From: Faecousia sp.
Lineage (GTDB): Bacteria; Bacillota; Clostridia; Oscillospirales; Oscillospiraceae
Assembly (NCBI GenBank): GCA_034113565.1
Contig: JAXEXE010000031.1
Span: forward strand, 14,885-78,884
Direction: 5' to 3'
DNA: 64,000 nt
The notes under the pieces were generated by a model that worked only from the letters and a program-made list of their open reading frames with translations, was not told the DNA's origin and ran no database searches. This document shows positions 9,313 through 18,748 of this stretch, in pieces (within the stretch, counting starts at the first letter, position 1; every line of letters starts with the position of its first letter). Made by a program: the position numbers and the translations under genes.

Positions 9313-9756
9313 TTACCTCTGCATCCACAGCAGACGTTGGGTGGTGCCCTCTTCGTATTTCCAGATGCCGCTTTTATGAAAGTCATGGCGCTCATAAAAA
9401 GCGATGGCACGGGGATTGCTTTCCAGCACCCATAAATTCTTGACGGAAAAACGTTTCACAGCAAAGTCCAGAAGTGTTCCTCCGATGCCCTGTCCGGCGA
9501 AAAAGGAGTCCACGTACAGCTGAACCACTTCCTGCCCCCGAATGCGGATCATTCCCTTCACAAAATCCTCCTCATAGACCCAGATCTCCCTCAACTCCCC
9601 GGGATTTTGCTGCAATTCACCAGCAACCGTCATGACCTGTAGTTCTCCAAAGGAATACCGGTCATTGTGAAAAATCCTGCGGTAATTCACCCGCTTGGTA
9701 AAAACCAGAATTTCCGCAATCCGGGAAATATCCCCGGTCTCCGCCTGCCTGATCAT
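9313..9756 (-). CDS. GNAT family N-acetyltransferase
   Basis: LYVDSFFAGQGIGGTLL (motif A) and LWVLESNPRAIAFYERHDF. Confidence 0.85.
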   Translation of the reverse strand: MIRQAETGDISRIAEILVFTKRVNYRRIFHNDRYSFGELQVMTVAGELQQNPGELREIWVYEEDFVKGMIRIRGQEVVQLYVDSFFAGQGIGGTLLDFAVKRFSVKNLWVLESNPRAIAFYERHDFHKSGIWKYEEGTTQRLLWMQR

Positions 9757-9759
9757 TTT

Positions 9760-10257
9760 CTATTTCTCCCATTCCAGATAATCGTACGCAATTCTCGGGG
9801 AGCCATCCGCAATATAGATGATTCCGCGGCGCTGAAAGCCCAGCTTTTTGACCGCGCCCTGCATCACATGGTTATCCTCGTGGGTATCGATCCGCAGATG
9901 ACCGATTTTTCCTGTCGCAAAGGCGACAGCCGTTTTCAGAATCCCTCCGGAACCGTCTCCCGCAATGCGATGGATGGTACCGTATGGCGTATCCGAGCGC
10001 CAAGCGCCGCCGTCGACTCGTTGGTAGGTTGGGTCTTCTCCCACCCAGAAGAAGAAAACACCGTGTATGCTCTCCCCGTCAGATATGACAAACAGCCGGT
10101 TTTGCGCAATGTCCTGCCGAAGCTGCGCCGTGGGCGGATTGGTTTTGCCCCACTGATTTGGATTTCCGTTTTTTTCCATGAAATCTCTGGCATAGCTGTA
10201 AATTTCCTCAATTCTCCCCAAATCCGACAGCTTTGCCGGACGAACCGTATAATTCAT
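9760..10257 (-). CDS. GNAT family N-acetyltransferase
   Basis: TIHRIAG..G.G and LRIDTHEDNHVMQ..VKKLGF. Start placed at MNYTVR. Confidence 0.82.
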   Translation of the reverse strand: MNYTVRPAKLSDLGRIEEIYSYARDFMEKNGNPNQWGKTNPPTAQLRQDIAQNRLFVISDGESIHGVFFFWVGEDPTYQRVDGGAWRSDTPYGTIHRIAGDGSGGILKTAVAFATGKIGHLRIDTHEDNHVMQGAVKKLGFQRRGIIYIADGSPRIAYDYLEWEK

Positions 10258-10292
10258 AAATCTTCCCCCTTTCTTTCGATTATACATCATTT

Positions 10293-10322
10293 GAATGGTT
10301 CACGCAAGAACCGCGCATACTA
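10293..10322 (+). promoter_or_regulatory. SigG-type forespore promoter of spoVAD-spoVAE
   Basis: GAATG-N18-CATACTA matches the SigG consensus GNATR-N18-CATNNTA. spoVA is SigG-dependent in Bacillus and Clostridium. Confidence 0.75.
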
Positions 10323-10350
10323 GGAAAAACAAATTGAGGAAGGTGCTGTC

Positions 10351-11367
10351 ATGGCAAGTCAAAAACGGGGGCGGCAGAGCTTCGTGCTGGCCCAGCCGCC
10401 GGTCATTACCACATGGGCCAATGTCGCCGGAAAAAAAGAAGTGGAAGGGCCGCTGTCCCATACCTTCGATGTTAAGTGCCGGGATACCTATTTTGGGCAG
10501 AAAACCTGGGAGCAGGCAGAAAAACAGATGCAGCAGCTGGCTCTGCGGAAGCTGGCGGAAAAAGCGGGAATGACCATGTCGGATTTTGACGTGGTCTTCT
10601 CCGGCGACCTGCTGAACCAGTGTATCGGCTCCTCCTTTACCCTGCGAAACACCGGGGTTCCCCATTTGGGACTGTACGGCGCCTGCTCCACCATGGCGGA
10701 AAGTCTGCTTTTGGCCTCCATGACAGTGGGCGGTGGGTTTGCGGATACGGTGGTTGCCATGACCTCCTCTCATTTTGCGTCCTCGGAACGGCAGTACCGT
10801 TTCCCGCTGGGCTATGGCGGGCAGCGGACACCCACCTCACAGTGGACTGTCACCGGTTCAGGAGCCGCATTGGTACGCTCTCAGGGCAAAGGGCCAAAAA
10901 TCACCGCCTGCACCATCGGCACCGTCACCGATTTAGGAATCAAGGATGCCAACAACATGGGCGCAGCCATGGCCCCTGCGGCGCTGGCGACCATCAAGGC
11001 CCATTTTGCCGACCTGAATACCGGGCCCGAGGACTTTGACCGGATCGTCACCGGTGATTTGGGCCAGCTGGGTATGGAAATGCTGCTGGAGCTGGCCCGG
11101 CTGGACGGGCTGTCCCTTGGGGGCAAGCTCATGGACTGCGGCACCACTGTGTTTGACAACACCTCGCAGGATGTCCACGCCGGCGGCTCCGGCTGCGGGT
11201 GCAGTGCCATCACCCTGTGCGGGTATCTTCTGGACCAGCTGAACACCGGGAAGCTGAAAAAAATCCTGTTCTGCGGCACCGGGGCACTGCTGTCCCCCAC
11301 CTCCACCCAGCAGGGACTTCCCATTCCCGGCGTATGTCACGCAGTCAGCATTACAGGAGGGCGGTAA
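10351..11367 (+). CDS. spoVAD: Stage V sporulation protein AD (DPA uptake)
   Basis: GDLLNQC, GLYGACSTMAESL, SSHFASSERQYRFPLGYG, GGSGCGCS. Confidence 0.95.
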   Translation: MASQKRGRQSFVLAQPPVITTWANVAGKKEVEGPLSHTFDVKCRDTYFGQKTWEQAEKQMQQLALRKLAEKAGMTMSDFDVVFSGDLLNQCIGSSFTLRNTGVPHLGLYGACSTMAESLLLASMTVGGGFADTVVAMTSSHFASSERQYRFPLGYGGQRTPTSQWTVTGSGAALVRSQGKGPKITACTIGTVTDLGIKDANNMGAAMAPAALATIKAHFADLNTGPEDFDRIVTGDLGQLGMEMLLELARLDGLSLGGKLMDCGTTVFDNTSQDVHAGGSGCGCSAITLCGYLLDQLNTGKLKKILFCGTGALLSPTSTQQGLPIPGVCHAVSITGGR

Positions 11368-11368
11368 T

Positions 11369-11725
11369 ATGGACTATGTCAAGGCATTTCTGGTGGGCGG
11401 CGCGCTGTGCCTCATCGGACAGATTCTGATTGACAAAACCAAGCTGACGCCGGCTCGAATTCTGGTGAGCTATGTGATCGCCGGTGTCCTTTTAGGGGCA
11501 GTCGGATTATACCCGAAGCTCATTGAATTCGCCGGAGCGGGCGCATCCGTGCCTTTGACAGGCTTCGGCAGTCTTCTGGCCAAAGGAGTTAAGGAAGCTG
11601 TAATGAAGGACGGATTTCTGGGCATTTTCACCGGCGGACTGAAGGCCGCTGCCGGCGGCATTACCGCCGCGATTATCGCGGGACTTGTGGCAAGCTTCCT
11701 GTTTAAAGCAAGGGATAAATCCTGA
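11369..11725 (+). CDS. spoVAE: Stage V sporulation protein AE (SpoVAEb type)
   Basis: MDYVKAFLVGGALCLIGQILIDKTKLTPARILV and FAGAGASVPLTGFG. Confidence 0.88.
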   Translation: MDYVKAFLVGGALCLIGQILIDKTKLTPARILVSYVIAGVLLGAVGLYPKLIEFAGAGASVPLTGFGSLLAKGVKEAVMKDGFLGIFTGGLKAAAGGITAAIIAGLVASFLFKARDKS

Positions 11726-11784
11726 AAAACAGGTTATCCTAGGTAGGCGGCTATGCCGCCAGATCGTTTTGGGAGGAACAAAGC

Positions 11785-11895
11785 ATGAACAACCAGAATA
11801 AGAATCAGAACCAGAATAACAACAACCAGAATCAGAACAACAATCAGAACCAGAACAGCAACCAGAATCAGAACCAGAACAGAAACAGCCGCTGA
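11785..11895 (+). CDS. Unannotated 36-aa Asn/Gln-rich peptide (MNNQNKNQNQNNNNQNQNNNQNQNSNQNQNQNRNSR)
   Basis: RBS GGGAGG at 11771-11776, 8 nt before the ATG. Repeat variation falls mostly at synonymous positions (AAC/AAT). A terminator follows. Confidence 0.65.
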   Translation: MNNQNKNQNQNNNNQNQNNNQNQNSNQNQNQNRNSR

Positions 11896-11900
11896 CGGCA

Positions 11901-11930
11901 ATGTGGGCCACCGTATCCGGTGACCCACAT
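11901..11930. terminator. Terminator between the N/Q peptide and addA
   Basis: atgtgggccaccg-tatc-cggtgacccacat hairpin with one mismatch. Confidence 0.7.
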
Positions 11931-11933
11931 CCT

Positions 11934-14900
11934 TTATAGTTCAATGAAAGCATCCAGACTGAAAAAGTACAGCATTTTCCGTTTTACGGGCATTTCATAG
12001 ATTCGGCACAGAGCATCCGCGTAGGTCTGCACCTGTAGGCGGTAGCGGTCGGCAGCTGCGCTGACGGTCTCTTCCGTCACCCGGTCGGTTTTGAAATCAA
12101 TCACGGTGATTCCGTCCGGCTCCAGAAGCGCGCAGTCCACAACGCCCTGCAAAAGCACCTGCTCCCCTTCCAGCCCTTCGCCGTAATGTCTGCCGTCGTC
12201 CAAAATTGAAAATTTGAACTCCCGCAGGCAGGGCGCGCCGTAGCGCAGCTTTCTTCCGGGCTCCGTCTGGAAAAAGCGGGCCAGCTTTTCTGTATTTACC
12301 AGCATTCCCTGCTCCCGGGTCAGGAATCCTTCCGTGGCCAGCCGCTGAATTTCCGCTGCTGCCGCCTGAACATCCCCGCAGTTTTCATATTTCAGGTATT
12401 GCAGGGCCGCGTGCATGGCGCTGCCGTAGCTTTTTCCTTCTGCCTGCGCGGTCAAGAATTCCGGCTGACGCCAGTTTCGTTCCGGTTTTTTGGGTGGCTC
12501 CGCGTTTTCCGCCGCTTCCGCGTCCTTGGCACGGCCCTTCCGTCCGGTGGCTGTCTGCTTGGACGGTGTACAGGTTGCCGGAATGTGGGCATACCGGAAG
12601 GCCAGGGAACGGCGCAGCTGTGTCTCCAACTCTGGGGGCAGTGTGGGTGTCTCCTCCTCAGCAGCAGCGGCGGTTTGCGTCTGCCCCTGAACCGCCGGGG
12701 TTTCAATCCGCCAGGGATGGTCGGTCAGAATGGTTTCTGCCGGTCTGCCGCCCAAAGCGTGCAGGGCGCCCGCTTCCCCCCTGCCCACCGCCGCAAGGAG
12801 CACCCAGTCGCCCATGCAGGTGGCGTCCTGTCCCAGCAGCCGCCCGCCGTCAAAGTCACAGCGCTGGGCGATCTCCTTCAGGTCTGAGGGGAGGGTCTGA
12901 GAGGCATAGGTCATCACAAGCCGGTCCTTTGCCCGGGTCATGGCAACGTACAGCACCCGCATCTCCTCGGAAACACTCTCCGATGCCATTTTCACCGCAA
13001 CGGCCCGCTTGGCAAGAGACGGATAGCGAACGCGGTTTTCCGTATCCGCGCTGGACAGGCCCAATCCCAGCGTTCTGTCGCAGAGAATCTGGGCCCGCAG
13101 GTCCTCCTGATTGAACCGTCGGGACAGATTGCACAGAAACACCACCGGGAATTCCAATCCCTTGGACTTGTGGATGCTCATAATATTCACGCAGTCCGTT
13201 CCGGCAGCACCCGGGGCAACCAGGCCCCGCTCCTCCATCCTGTCCAGCTGCTCTAGAAACTGGGAAAGCTCCCGCATGGTTCCCTTTTCAAAATCACAGG
13301 CGTATTGGTAAAAGGTCTGAATGTTCGCTGTTTTCGCTTCGCCGCCGGGCATGGCTGCAAAAATACTGTCCATGCGGGTCAGCAGCAGACATTTCTCCAT
13401 CAGCCCGGTCAGGGTGCTGCGTTTTGCCTCAGAGCGGAGGGTATTCAGCGTCAGGAGAAACGCTTCTGCCTTTGGGTGTCCGCTGGACACAAGGGCGTCA
13501 TAGAAGGCGCCTTTTTTCTGCTTCGCCCGGACTTGGGCCAAGTCCTCCGCCGTGAAGCCAAATACCGGGCATGCCAGCACGCTGAGCAGAGGAATATCCT
13601 GCCGGGGGTTCATTACCGTTTGCAGCAGGCTGCGGAAGGTGCCGATTTCCTGAGTTTGCAGCAGGTCCGTGCCGCCTCCGGTGGAGCAATGGATGCCAAG
13701 TCCCTCCAGCGCCCGCTGGAAGTTTCCCCCGGCGCTGCCGGGAGACCGGAGCAAAATCACAATGTCTCCGGGCTTTACCGGACGCAGCGTGTCCCCGTCC
13801 CGAACCAGTGTGCCGGAAGTCAGCATATCACGGATTCTTTCGGCAACAAAGGCCGCTTCCTCCGCGTAAGTATCCGTCACGGTTTCCAGCGCGTACAGCT
13901 CTACGCCGGGGTCCGGCAGTGGGATGTGGGGCACGCCCTCCCGGAGGGCTTCCGCGTCCGTATAGTAGAGTCCTCCGACTTTCGGGGTCATACAGGTGGT
14001 AAACACATGATTGACGCCTTCGATCACCTCCGCACCGGAACGGAAATTATGGCTGAGCAGCACCTTTCGGCCCTGCACCGGCTGGGCGTCTTCGGCGGGT
14101 GCGTAGGCTTCGTACTTTTCAAGGAAAATCCCCGGGTCTGCCAGCCGAAACTGATAGATGGACTGCTTTACATCGCCTACCAGAAAACAGTTCTGCTTTT
14201 CCCGGCTCAGCGCGGTAAAGATTGCGTCCTGCACGCCGTTGGAATCCTGATACTCGTCCACCAATATTTCTCTGTATCTGCCGCCGATTTCCGCCGCAGC
14301 GGCAGTGGGATTGGTTCGGGATTTGCCCAGCAGCAGGTCCAGCGTGTTGTGCTCCAGATCGCTGAAATCCAGAATCCGGCGGCTTCGCTTGGCGGCGCGG
14401 TAATCCCGGTCGAACTGCTCCACAAGCTTGGCAAGTCCCCGCGCGCCGGAGGCCGACTGGGTCAAATCTACGAGCACCTGTGCAGATTCGTCAGAGAAAT
14501 TTTTCAGTTTTCGTTCCAGTCCGGTCTTGCAGCCTTTCCGGGCTGCTTTGACACGGTCTGCCAGATCCTGATCCACATTTTTCTTGGGAAATACCAGCCT
14601 TCCGTAATCAATGACGCGGTTTTTGACAATTCCGTCCCAAGTTTCCTCCGCCCGCAGAGCCTGAAGCTGGTACAGGGTGTCCCGCAGGTTGACGGCTGCC
14701 TTCTCCATCCCTTCGCTGGCAGAAAGCTGAATGGCGCATTGCTCGATTACATGAATCTGACAGTCCAGATAGTCGTGGAGGTCATCGATCAAAAACTGAC
14801 CCCAAATGGTTTCCGAAGCATCGGTAACGTCCTGCGCGTCCAGCAGGGTCAGGCAGGTATCCAGCCACTGCTTCGGGTTCAGGTGGCATCTGGCGCTGTC

Positions 14901-15440
14901 GTAGACCTTTTCAATGATCTGGGGCACCAGACGGTCATCCCTGCCCAGTCCCTGCGTATCCACAAAGGCCCGGAAATCCGGGTCATCTTCACTCGCATAG
15001 GCCTTGTCCAATAAATCCGTGAGTACCTGCTCCCGGATTTCCCGGCATTCATTGTCGTCCGCCACCCGAAAATCCGCCGGAATATCCAATCGGTAGGCGT
15101 ATTCCCGGAGGATATCCCCGCAAAATCCGTGAACAGTGGAGATTTTTGCCAGAAACAGCCGCTGCATCTGCTTTTGCAAATGCTTATTTTCCGGCTCCTC
15201 CGCAATGCGCTGGCTCAGCTTCGCCGCGATTTTCCCCCGAAGCTCCGCCGCTGCCGCTTTGGTATAGGTAATGATCAGAAAGTCATCCAGATTGGCAGGA
15301 TCGTGCTCATCCGTAAGATAGGCCATCAGCCTGTCAACCAGCACCTTGGTTTTCCCGGAGCCGGCGGCAGCGGAAACCAGCAGCTTCCCGCCCCGGTTAT
15401 GTACTGCCTGCTCCTGCTGGGGCGTCAGCTTATCTGCCAT
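11934..15440 (-). CDS. addA: AddAB helicase/nuclease subunit A
   Basis: VSAAAGSGKT, TYTKAAA, VDEYQD, VGDVKQSIYQFR, SIHKSKGLEF, RVLYVAMTRA, C-terminal nuclease GVVD..IDFKT. Confidence 0.95.
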   Translation of the reverse strand: MADKLTPQQEQAVHNRGGKLLVSAAAGSGKTKVLVDRLMAYLTDEHDPANLDDFLIITYTKAAAAELRGKIAAKLSQRIAEEPENKHLQKQMQRLFLAKISTVHGFCGDILREYAYRLDIPADFRVADDNECREIREQVLTDLLDKAYASEDDPDFRAFVDTQGLGRDDRLVPQIIEKVYDSARCHLNPKQWLDTCLTLLDAQDVTDASETIWGQFLIDDLHDYLDCQIHVIEQCAIQLSASEGMEKAAVNLRDTLYQLQALRAEETWDGIVKNRVIDYGRLVFPKKNVDQDLADRVKAARKGCKTGLERKLKNFSDESAQVLVDLTQSASGARGLAKLVEQFDRDYRAAKRSRRILDFSDLEHNTLDLLLGKSRTNPTAAAAEIGGRYREILVDEYQDSNGVQDAIFTALSREKQNCFLVGDVKQSIYQFRLADPGIFLEKYEAYAPAEDAQPVQGRKVLLSHNFRSGAEVIEGVNHVFTTCMTPKVGGLYYTDAEALREGVPHIPLPDPGVELYALETVTDTYAEEAAFVAERIRDMLTSGTLVRDGDTLRPVKPGDIVILLRSPGSAGGNFQRALEGLGIHCSTGGGTDLLQTQEIGTFRSLLQTVMNPRQDIPLLSVLACPVFGFTAEDLAQVRAKQKKGAFYDALVSSGHPKAEAFLLTLNTLRSEAKRSTLTGLMEKCLLLTRMDSIFAAMPGGEAKTANIQTFYQYACDFEKGTMRELSQFLEQLDRMEERGLVAPGAAGTDCVNIMSIHKSKGLEFPVVFLCNLSRRFNQEDLRAQILCDRTLGLGLSSADTENRVRYPSLAKRAVAVKMASESVSEEMRVLYVAMTRAKDRLVMTYASQTLPSDLKEIAQRCDFDGGRLLGQDATCMGDWVLLAAVGRGEAGALHALGGRPAETILTDHPWRIETPAVQGQTQTAAAAEEETPTLPPELETQLRRSLAFRYAHIPATCTPSKQTATGRKGRAKDAEAAENAEPPKKPERNWRQPEFLTAQAEGKSYGSAMHAALQYLKYENCGDVQAAAAEIQRLATEGFLTREQGMLVNTEKLARFFQTEPGRKLRYGAPCLREFKFSILDDGRHYGEGLEGEQVLLQGVVDCALLEPDGITVIDFKTDRVTEETVSAAADRYRLQVQTYADALCRIYEMPVKRKMLYFFSLDAFIEL

Positions 15441-18400
15441 GGGTTTTCCCCTCCTTTTCGATTTCCTCCCAGAACCGCTGGGCGCTCATCGCTTTATAGC
15501 TGCGCCGTCCGGCGACCTCCGCTTCATGGCAGATTGCGCCATAGGCGCAGAAAGCGCAGGCGTTGTGGCTTGTGCCCCGGGTATAGGGATTCGGCTCCAC
15601 ATTGCCGGAGGCGATGTCCTCCACCATGCCGGACAGAACGCGGAAGATAAATTCCTTCAGTTTTTTCAGCTGTTCTCTGTCTGCCAGATCTCCCGCGATG
15701 GTGCCGTCCTTTTTCCGGGTGTAGCTCCGGCAGGGGTTGTCCCCCGGCTCCATGGCTTGCAGGACGGCCTCATCGTTCAGCAGCAGTCCCTTGCGTTTCC
15801 ACTGGGCAGCCCGCTCCTTCTGCGCCGCTTCCGCGTCCAGCTTTCCTTCCGCACTCAGGTAGGGCGCCCGGGCCGGGAAATACTGCACACCCGCCGGAAT
15901 CGGATGGCCGCCCAGCAGGTCTTCCCCATTTTCTCCAAGGGCGAACAGGTACAGCAGCATTTGCAGTCCTACCCCGTTATAAACGTCGCAGTAGTCGAAA
16001 TCCTTCTTTCCGGTCTTATAATCCACCACCCGGAAGTACCGGGAAGCACCGTTATCCCACACATCTACCCGGTCCACAAATCCCCGAAGCACCGCGTTCA
16101 TGGCGTGGTTCGGGATGGCAATGGGCGGCAGGGCTTCTCCGCTGCCGAAGCCAAGCTCAAATTCCACCGGTTCAAAACCCGACGCCTTCAGCTCCTGCCA
16201 CAGCTCCCGCACTACCATGTCCAGCTCCTGCACGTTGCGCCGGAACAGGTAGGTCATGCGCTGACTGTCCAGCTGGCTGAAACGTTCCTCAGCATACTCC
16301 TGACTGAAGCGGTGGGCTATCTCCATCGTCTGCTCCAGCGTGACCTTGTGGAAGCCTCCCATCTCCCGGATGCACCGGGCGGTGTTTTCCAGCACCGCAT
16401 GGACATAGGTTCCAAATTCTGCCGGATCGATAGCCGCTTCCTTCCGCTCCTTTGCCCGCAGGCCATATTTCAGGAAATAGGACAGGCGACACTCTGCCTG
16501 CCGGTCGATCTGGGAAGCGGACAGGTTCAGGGTGCTGCCATAGAGGGCCTGCACGGATTTCCGCTGAACCTCGCCCAGACAATAGTTCCTTTTTTGAACC
16601 GTGTCTTCAAAGCTGGGCAGAACATCCAGTTTTTTTGCGACTTTTTTTGCGTCCCACCGGGCGAGGCAGGCCCCGGCTTCGTAGGCATCCGCCTGGGCAT
16701 AGCCCTGAAGCGTTTCCGCCCGTTCCTCCTTGCCCGCCATCTGAGACAGTCTCCGGAAGAGAAAGGAGGGCTGGTCACCGGAACAGCAGACCGCGATCGT
16801 CTCCTCCGCCCCGCAGAATACGCCGTAAATTTCCGCGAATTCCGCCTGAATGCCCTCCATGGAGCCGCCGGTCAGGGGAACGCCCAGCTGTCGCAGGATG
16901 ACCCGCTCCTGATCCGTCAGCACGCCGGCAGAACCGCTGTAGCCCGGCAGCTTGCCTTCCTCCGCGCCCAGCACGATCAGGTGTTTCTGGCGGTGGCAGC
17001 GCATGGCGCTGACCGTACCCATCTGCACGGCATCCAGCACCGGCGGGATGGTGCCCACATCGTACTGGCTCAGCAGCAGCCGGAACAGTCTGGAAAAATG
17101 CTCCGGTTCCCAGACGGTATCGCCAAGCACCGCGTACATCTGCTCCAATGCGGACAAGAGAATTTCCCACAGCTGGTTTAGTATCTGTGCTTCTCTCGGA
17201 GAACCGGTTTCATCCAGCTCCTGTGCCATTCGGGTCAGCTGCTGCTGAAGCCGGATGTCCTCCAGAAACGCCGTCAGCGCAAGCACCTGACCGCGCAGAT
17301 TTTTCGCGTCCCGGAAGCCGCTTTGCAGGCGCTGCAACGGCGCAACCACCTGATACCGTACCTCATTCAGCCATGTCAGCGTCTTCCGGGCGTCGTCATC
17401 CCATTGCCCGCCGAGGCCCTCGGGATGGCCGGTCCAGCTCTGCGTCCATTTGCTGCCGCGGATGCCCCAGATCACCGCGTAATTTTCCAACTGATCGCAG
17501 GTGTCGGAATCCACCGGCGACAGGGCCGAACGCAGATAGCGCAGCGTCTCCCGCTGGTCAAAGCCGCCGACGGCGGCATCCAGCGCCGACAAAACCGTGT
17601 TGATGACGCTGTTTTGCAGGATTTCCTCCGTGCCGGAGCGGTAGAGCGGAATATGGAACCGGTGAAATACCAGATCCATCAGCGGCTGGTAGGCGGGCAG
17701 ATCTGTGCAGACCACCGTAATATCCCGGTAGCGGCAGCCCTCTTCCACCAGCTGCCTGACCCGTTGGGCGGCATACATACACTCCTGCCAGGGCGACTGC
17801 GCCTGTACCGTGTGCAGGATATCCGGAAGCTCGCCGGTTCGGATAGCACCCTGAAACAGGCTTTCCCGCACAGGATTCAAAAGCAGCTCATAGGGGGGAA
17901 TCACTTCCATTTGGATCTCCACCCCGGCGCGGCTTGCCAGCCGGTAAAGCTCTCCGGCGGTGTCCCCCGCCTTTTCAAAGGCCAGCAGGCCGGATTTCAG
18001 GCTGTCGCAGTTCATGCTGATGGTGACCTCCGGGGATGCCTGCATGAGGTAGTCGAGAATTGCCAGATTCTGCCGGGTAAAATCCGGGAAACCGTCTATG
18101 TAAAATACGTGTTCCTGGGCAAAGGTGCCGTCCTCCAGCTGCTCTAACAGCCAGGTCATCTGGTCTCTGGGGTCCCGCTTGCCCCGCCGGCACAGGCCGT
18201 CGTAGCCGTCCATCAGCAGCGACAGCTCCTCCAGCTTCTGGGCAAGACTTCCCTCCGTCTGCCGGGAGGCGTCCATCAGGTCCTGAGGGGTAATGCAGCA
18301 GCGCTTGAACTCGTCCACCGCGTCAATGAGTCCCGACAGAAACTCCGGCTTTGTTTCCACGGCGGCATAGGCCTTCAGGCGGCTGCTGAGCTGTCTGGCA

Positions 18401-18687
18401 GCCGCCGCCATGGCGACCACCCGGCCGCCGTTATCCAGACATTCTGCCGCCGCGCTGCCCATGGTGTCGGAAACCCGCCGCGCCAGCCGGGTAAAGGACA
18501 GCACCTCCGCGTAACGGCTGGCAGTATCCCCGGCAAATGCGCACAGCCGCCGCTCTGTCTCATGGCTGATAAGCTCCGGAACCATGAGAATTCTGTTTCC
18601 CTTCCGTTCCCTGACATCACGGGCTATTCTTCTGAGCACCTCATCCGAATTGGCGGTCCAGTCCCGCCCCAGCAGCAAATGCACCAT
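15430..18687 (-). CDS. addB: AddAB subunit B
   Basis: Inactive helicase N-terminus, LSASQID, RGFVDRVD, VVDYKTG, Fe-S motif CAFCAYGAIC. Overlaps the addA start. Start placed at MVHLLLG. Confidence 0.92.
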   Translation of the reverse strand: MVHLLLGRDWTANSDEVLRRIARDVRERKGNRILMVPELISHETERRLCAFAGDTASRYAEVLSFTRLARRVSDTMGSAAAECLDNGGRVVAMAAAARQLSSRLKAYAAVETKPEFLSGLIDAVDEFKRCCITPQDLMDASRQTEGSLAQKLEELSLLMDGYDGLCRRGKRDPRDQMTWLLEQLEDGTFAQEHVFYIDGFPDFTRQNLAILDYLMQASPEVTISMNCDSLKSGLLAFEKAGDTAGELYRLASRAGVEIQMEVIPPYELLLNPVRESLFQGAIRTGELPDILHTVQAQSPWQECMYAAQRVRQLVEEGCRYRDITVVCTDLPAYQPLMDLVFHRFHIPLYRSGTEEILQNSVINTVLSALDAAVGGFDQRETLRYLRSALSPVDSDTCDQLENYAVIWGIRGSKWTQSWTGHPEGLGGQWDDDARKTLTWLNEVRYQVVAPLQRLQSGFRDAKNLRGQVLALTAFLEDIRLQQQLTRMAQELDETGSPREAQILNQLWEILLSALEQMYAVLGDTVWEPEHFSRLFRLLLSQYDVGTIPPVLDAVQMGTVSAMRCHRQKHLIVLGAEEGKLPGYSGSAGVLTDQERVILRQLGVPLTGGSMEGIQAEFAEIYGVFCGAEETIAVCCSGDQPSFLFRRLSQMAGKEERAETLQGYAQADAYEAGACLARWDAKKVAKKLDVLPSFEDTVQKRNYCLGEVQRKSVQALYGSTLNLSASQIDRQAECRLSYFLKYGLRAKERKEAAIDPAEFGTYVHAVLENTARCIREMGGFHKVTLEQTMEIAHRFSQEYAEERFSQLDSQRMTYLFRRNVQELDMVVRELWQELKASGFEPVEFELGFGSGEALPPIAIPNHAMNAVLRGFVDRVDVWDNGASRYFRVVDYKTGKKDFDYCDVYNGVGLQMLLYLFALGENGEDLLGGHPIPAGVQYFPARAPYLSAEGKLDAEAAQKERAAQWKRKGLLLNDEAVLQAMEPGDNPCRSYTRKKDGTIAGDLADREQLKKLKEFIFRVLSGMVEDIASGNVEPNPYTRGTSHNACAFCAYGAICHEAEVAGRRSYKAMSAQRFWEEIEKEGKTHGR

Positions 18688-18748
18688 AGTCTCGCCTTCT
18701 CTCTGTTTTTTTGCATTATACCACAGAATCTGTCCAAAATATAGGGTA

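Noticed and set aside
11788-11890. Possible CRISPR array or neutral microsatellite
   Set aside because: Units are 3-6 nt with no spacers and no cas genes nearby. The pattern is better explained as a coding repeat.
11734-11928. 64-aa hydrophobic minus-strand ORF (VLILV repeats)
   Set aside because: It is the antisense shadow of the N/Q repeat. It has no RBS, while the plus frame has an RBS, a terminator and synonymous variation.
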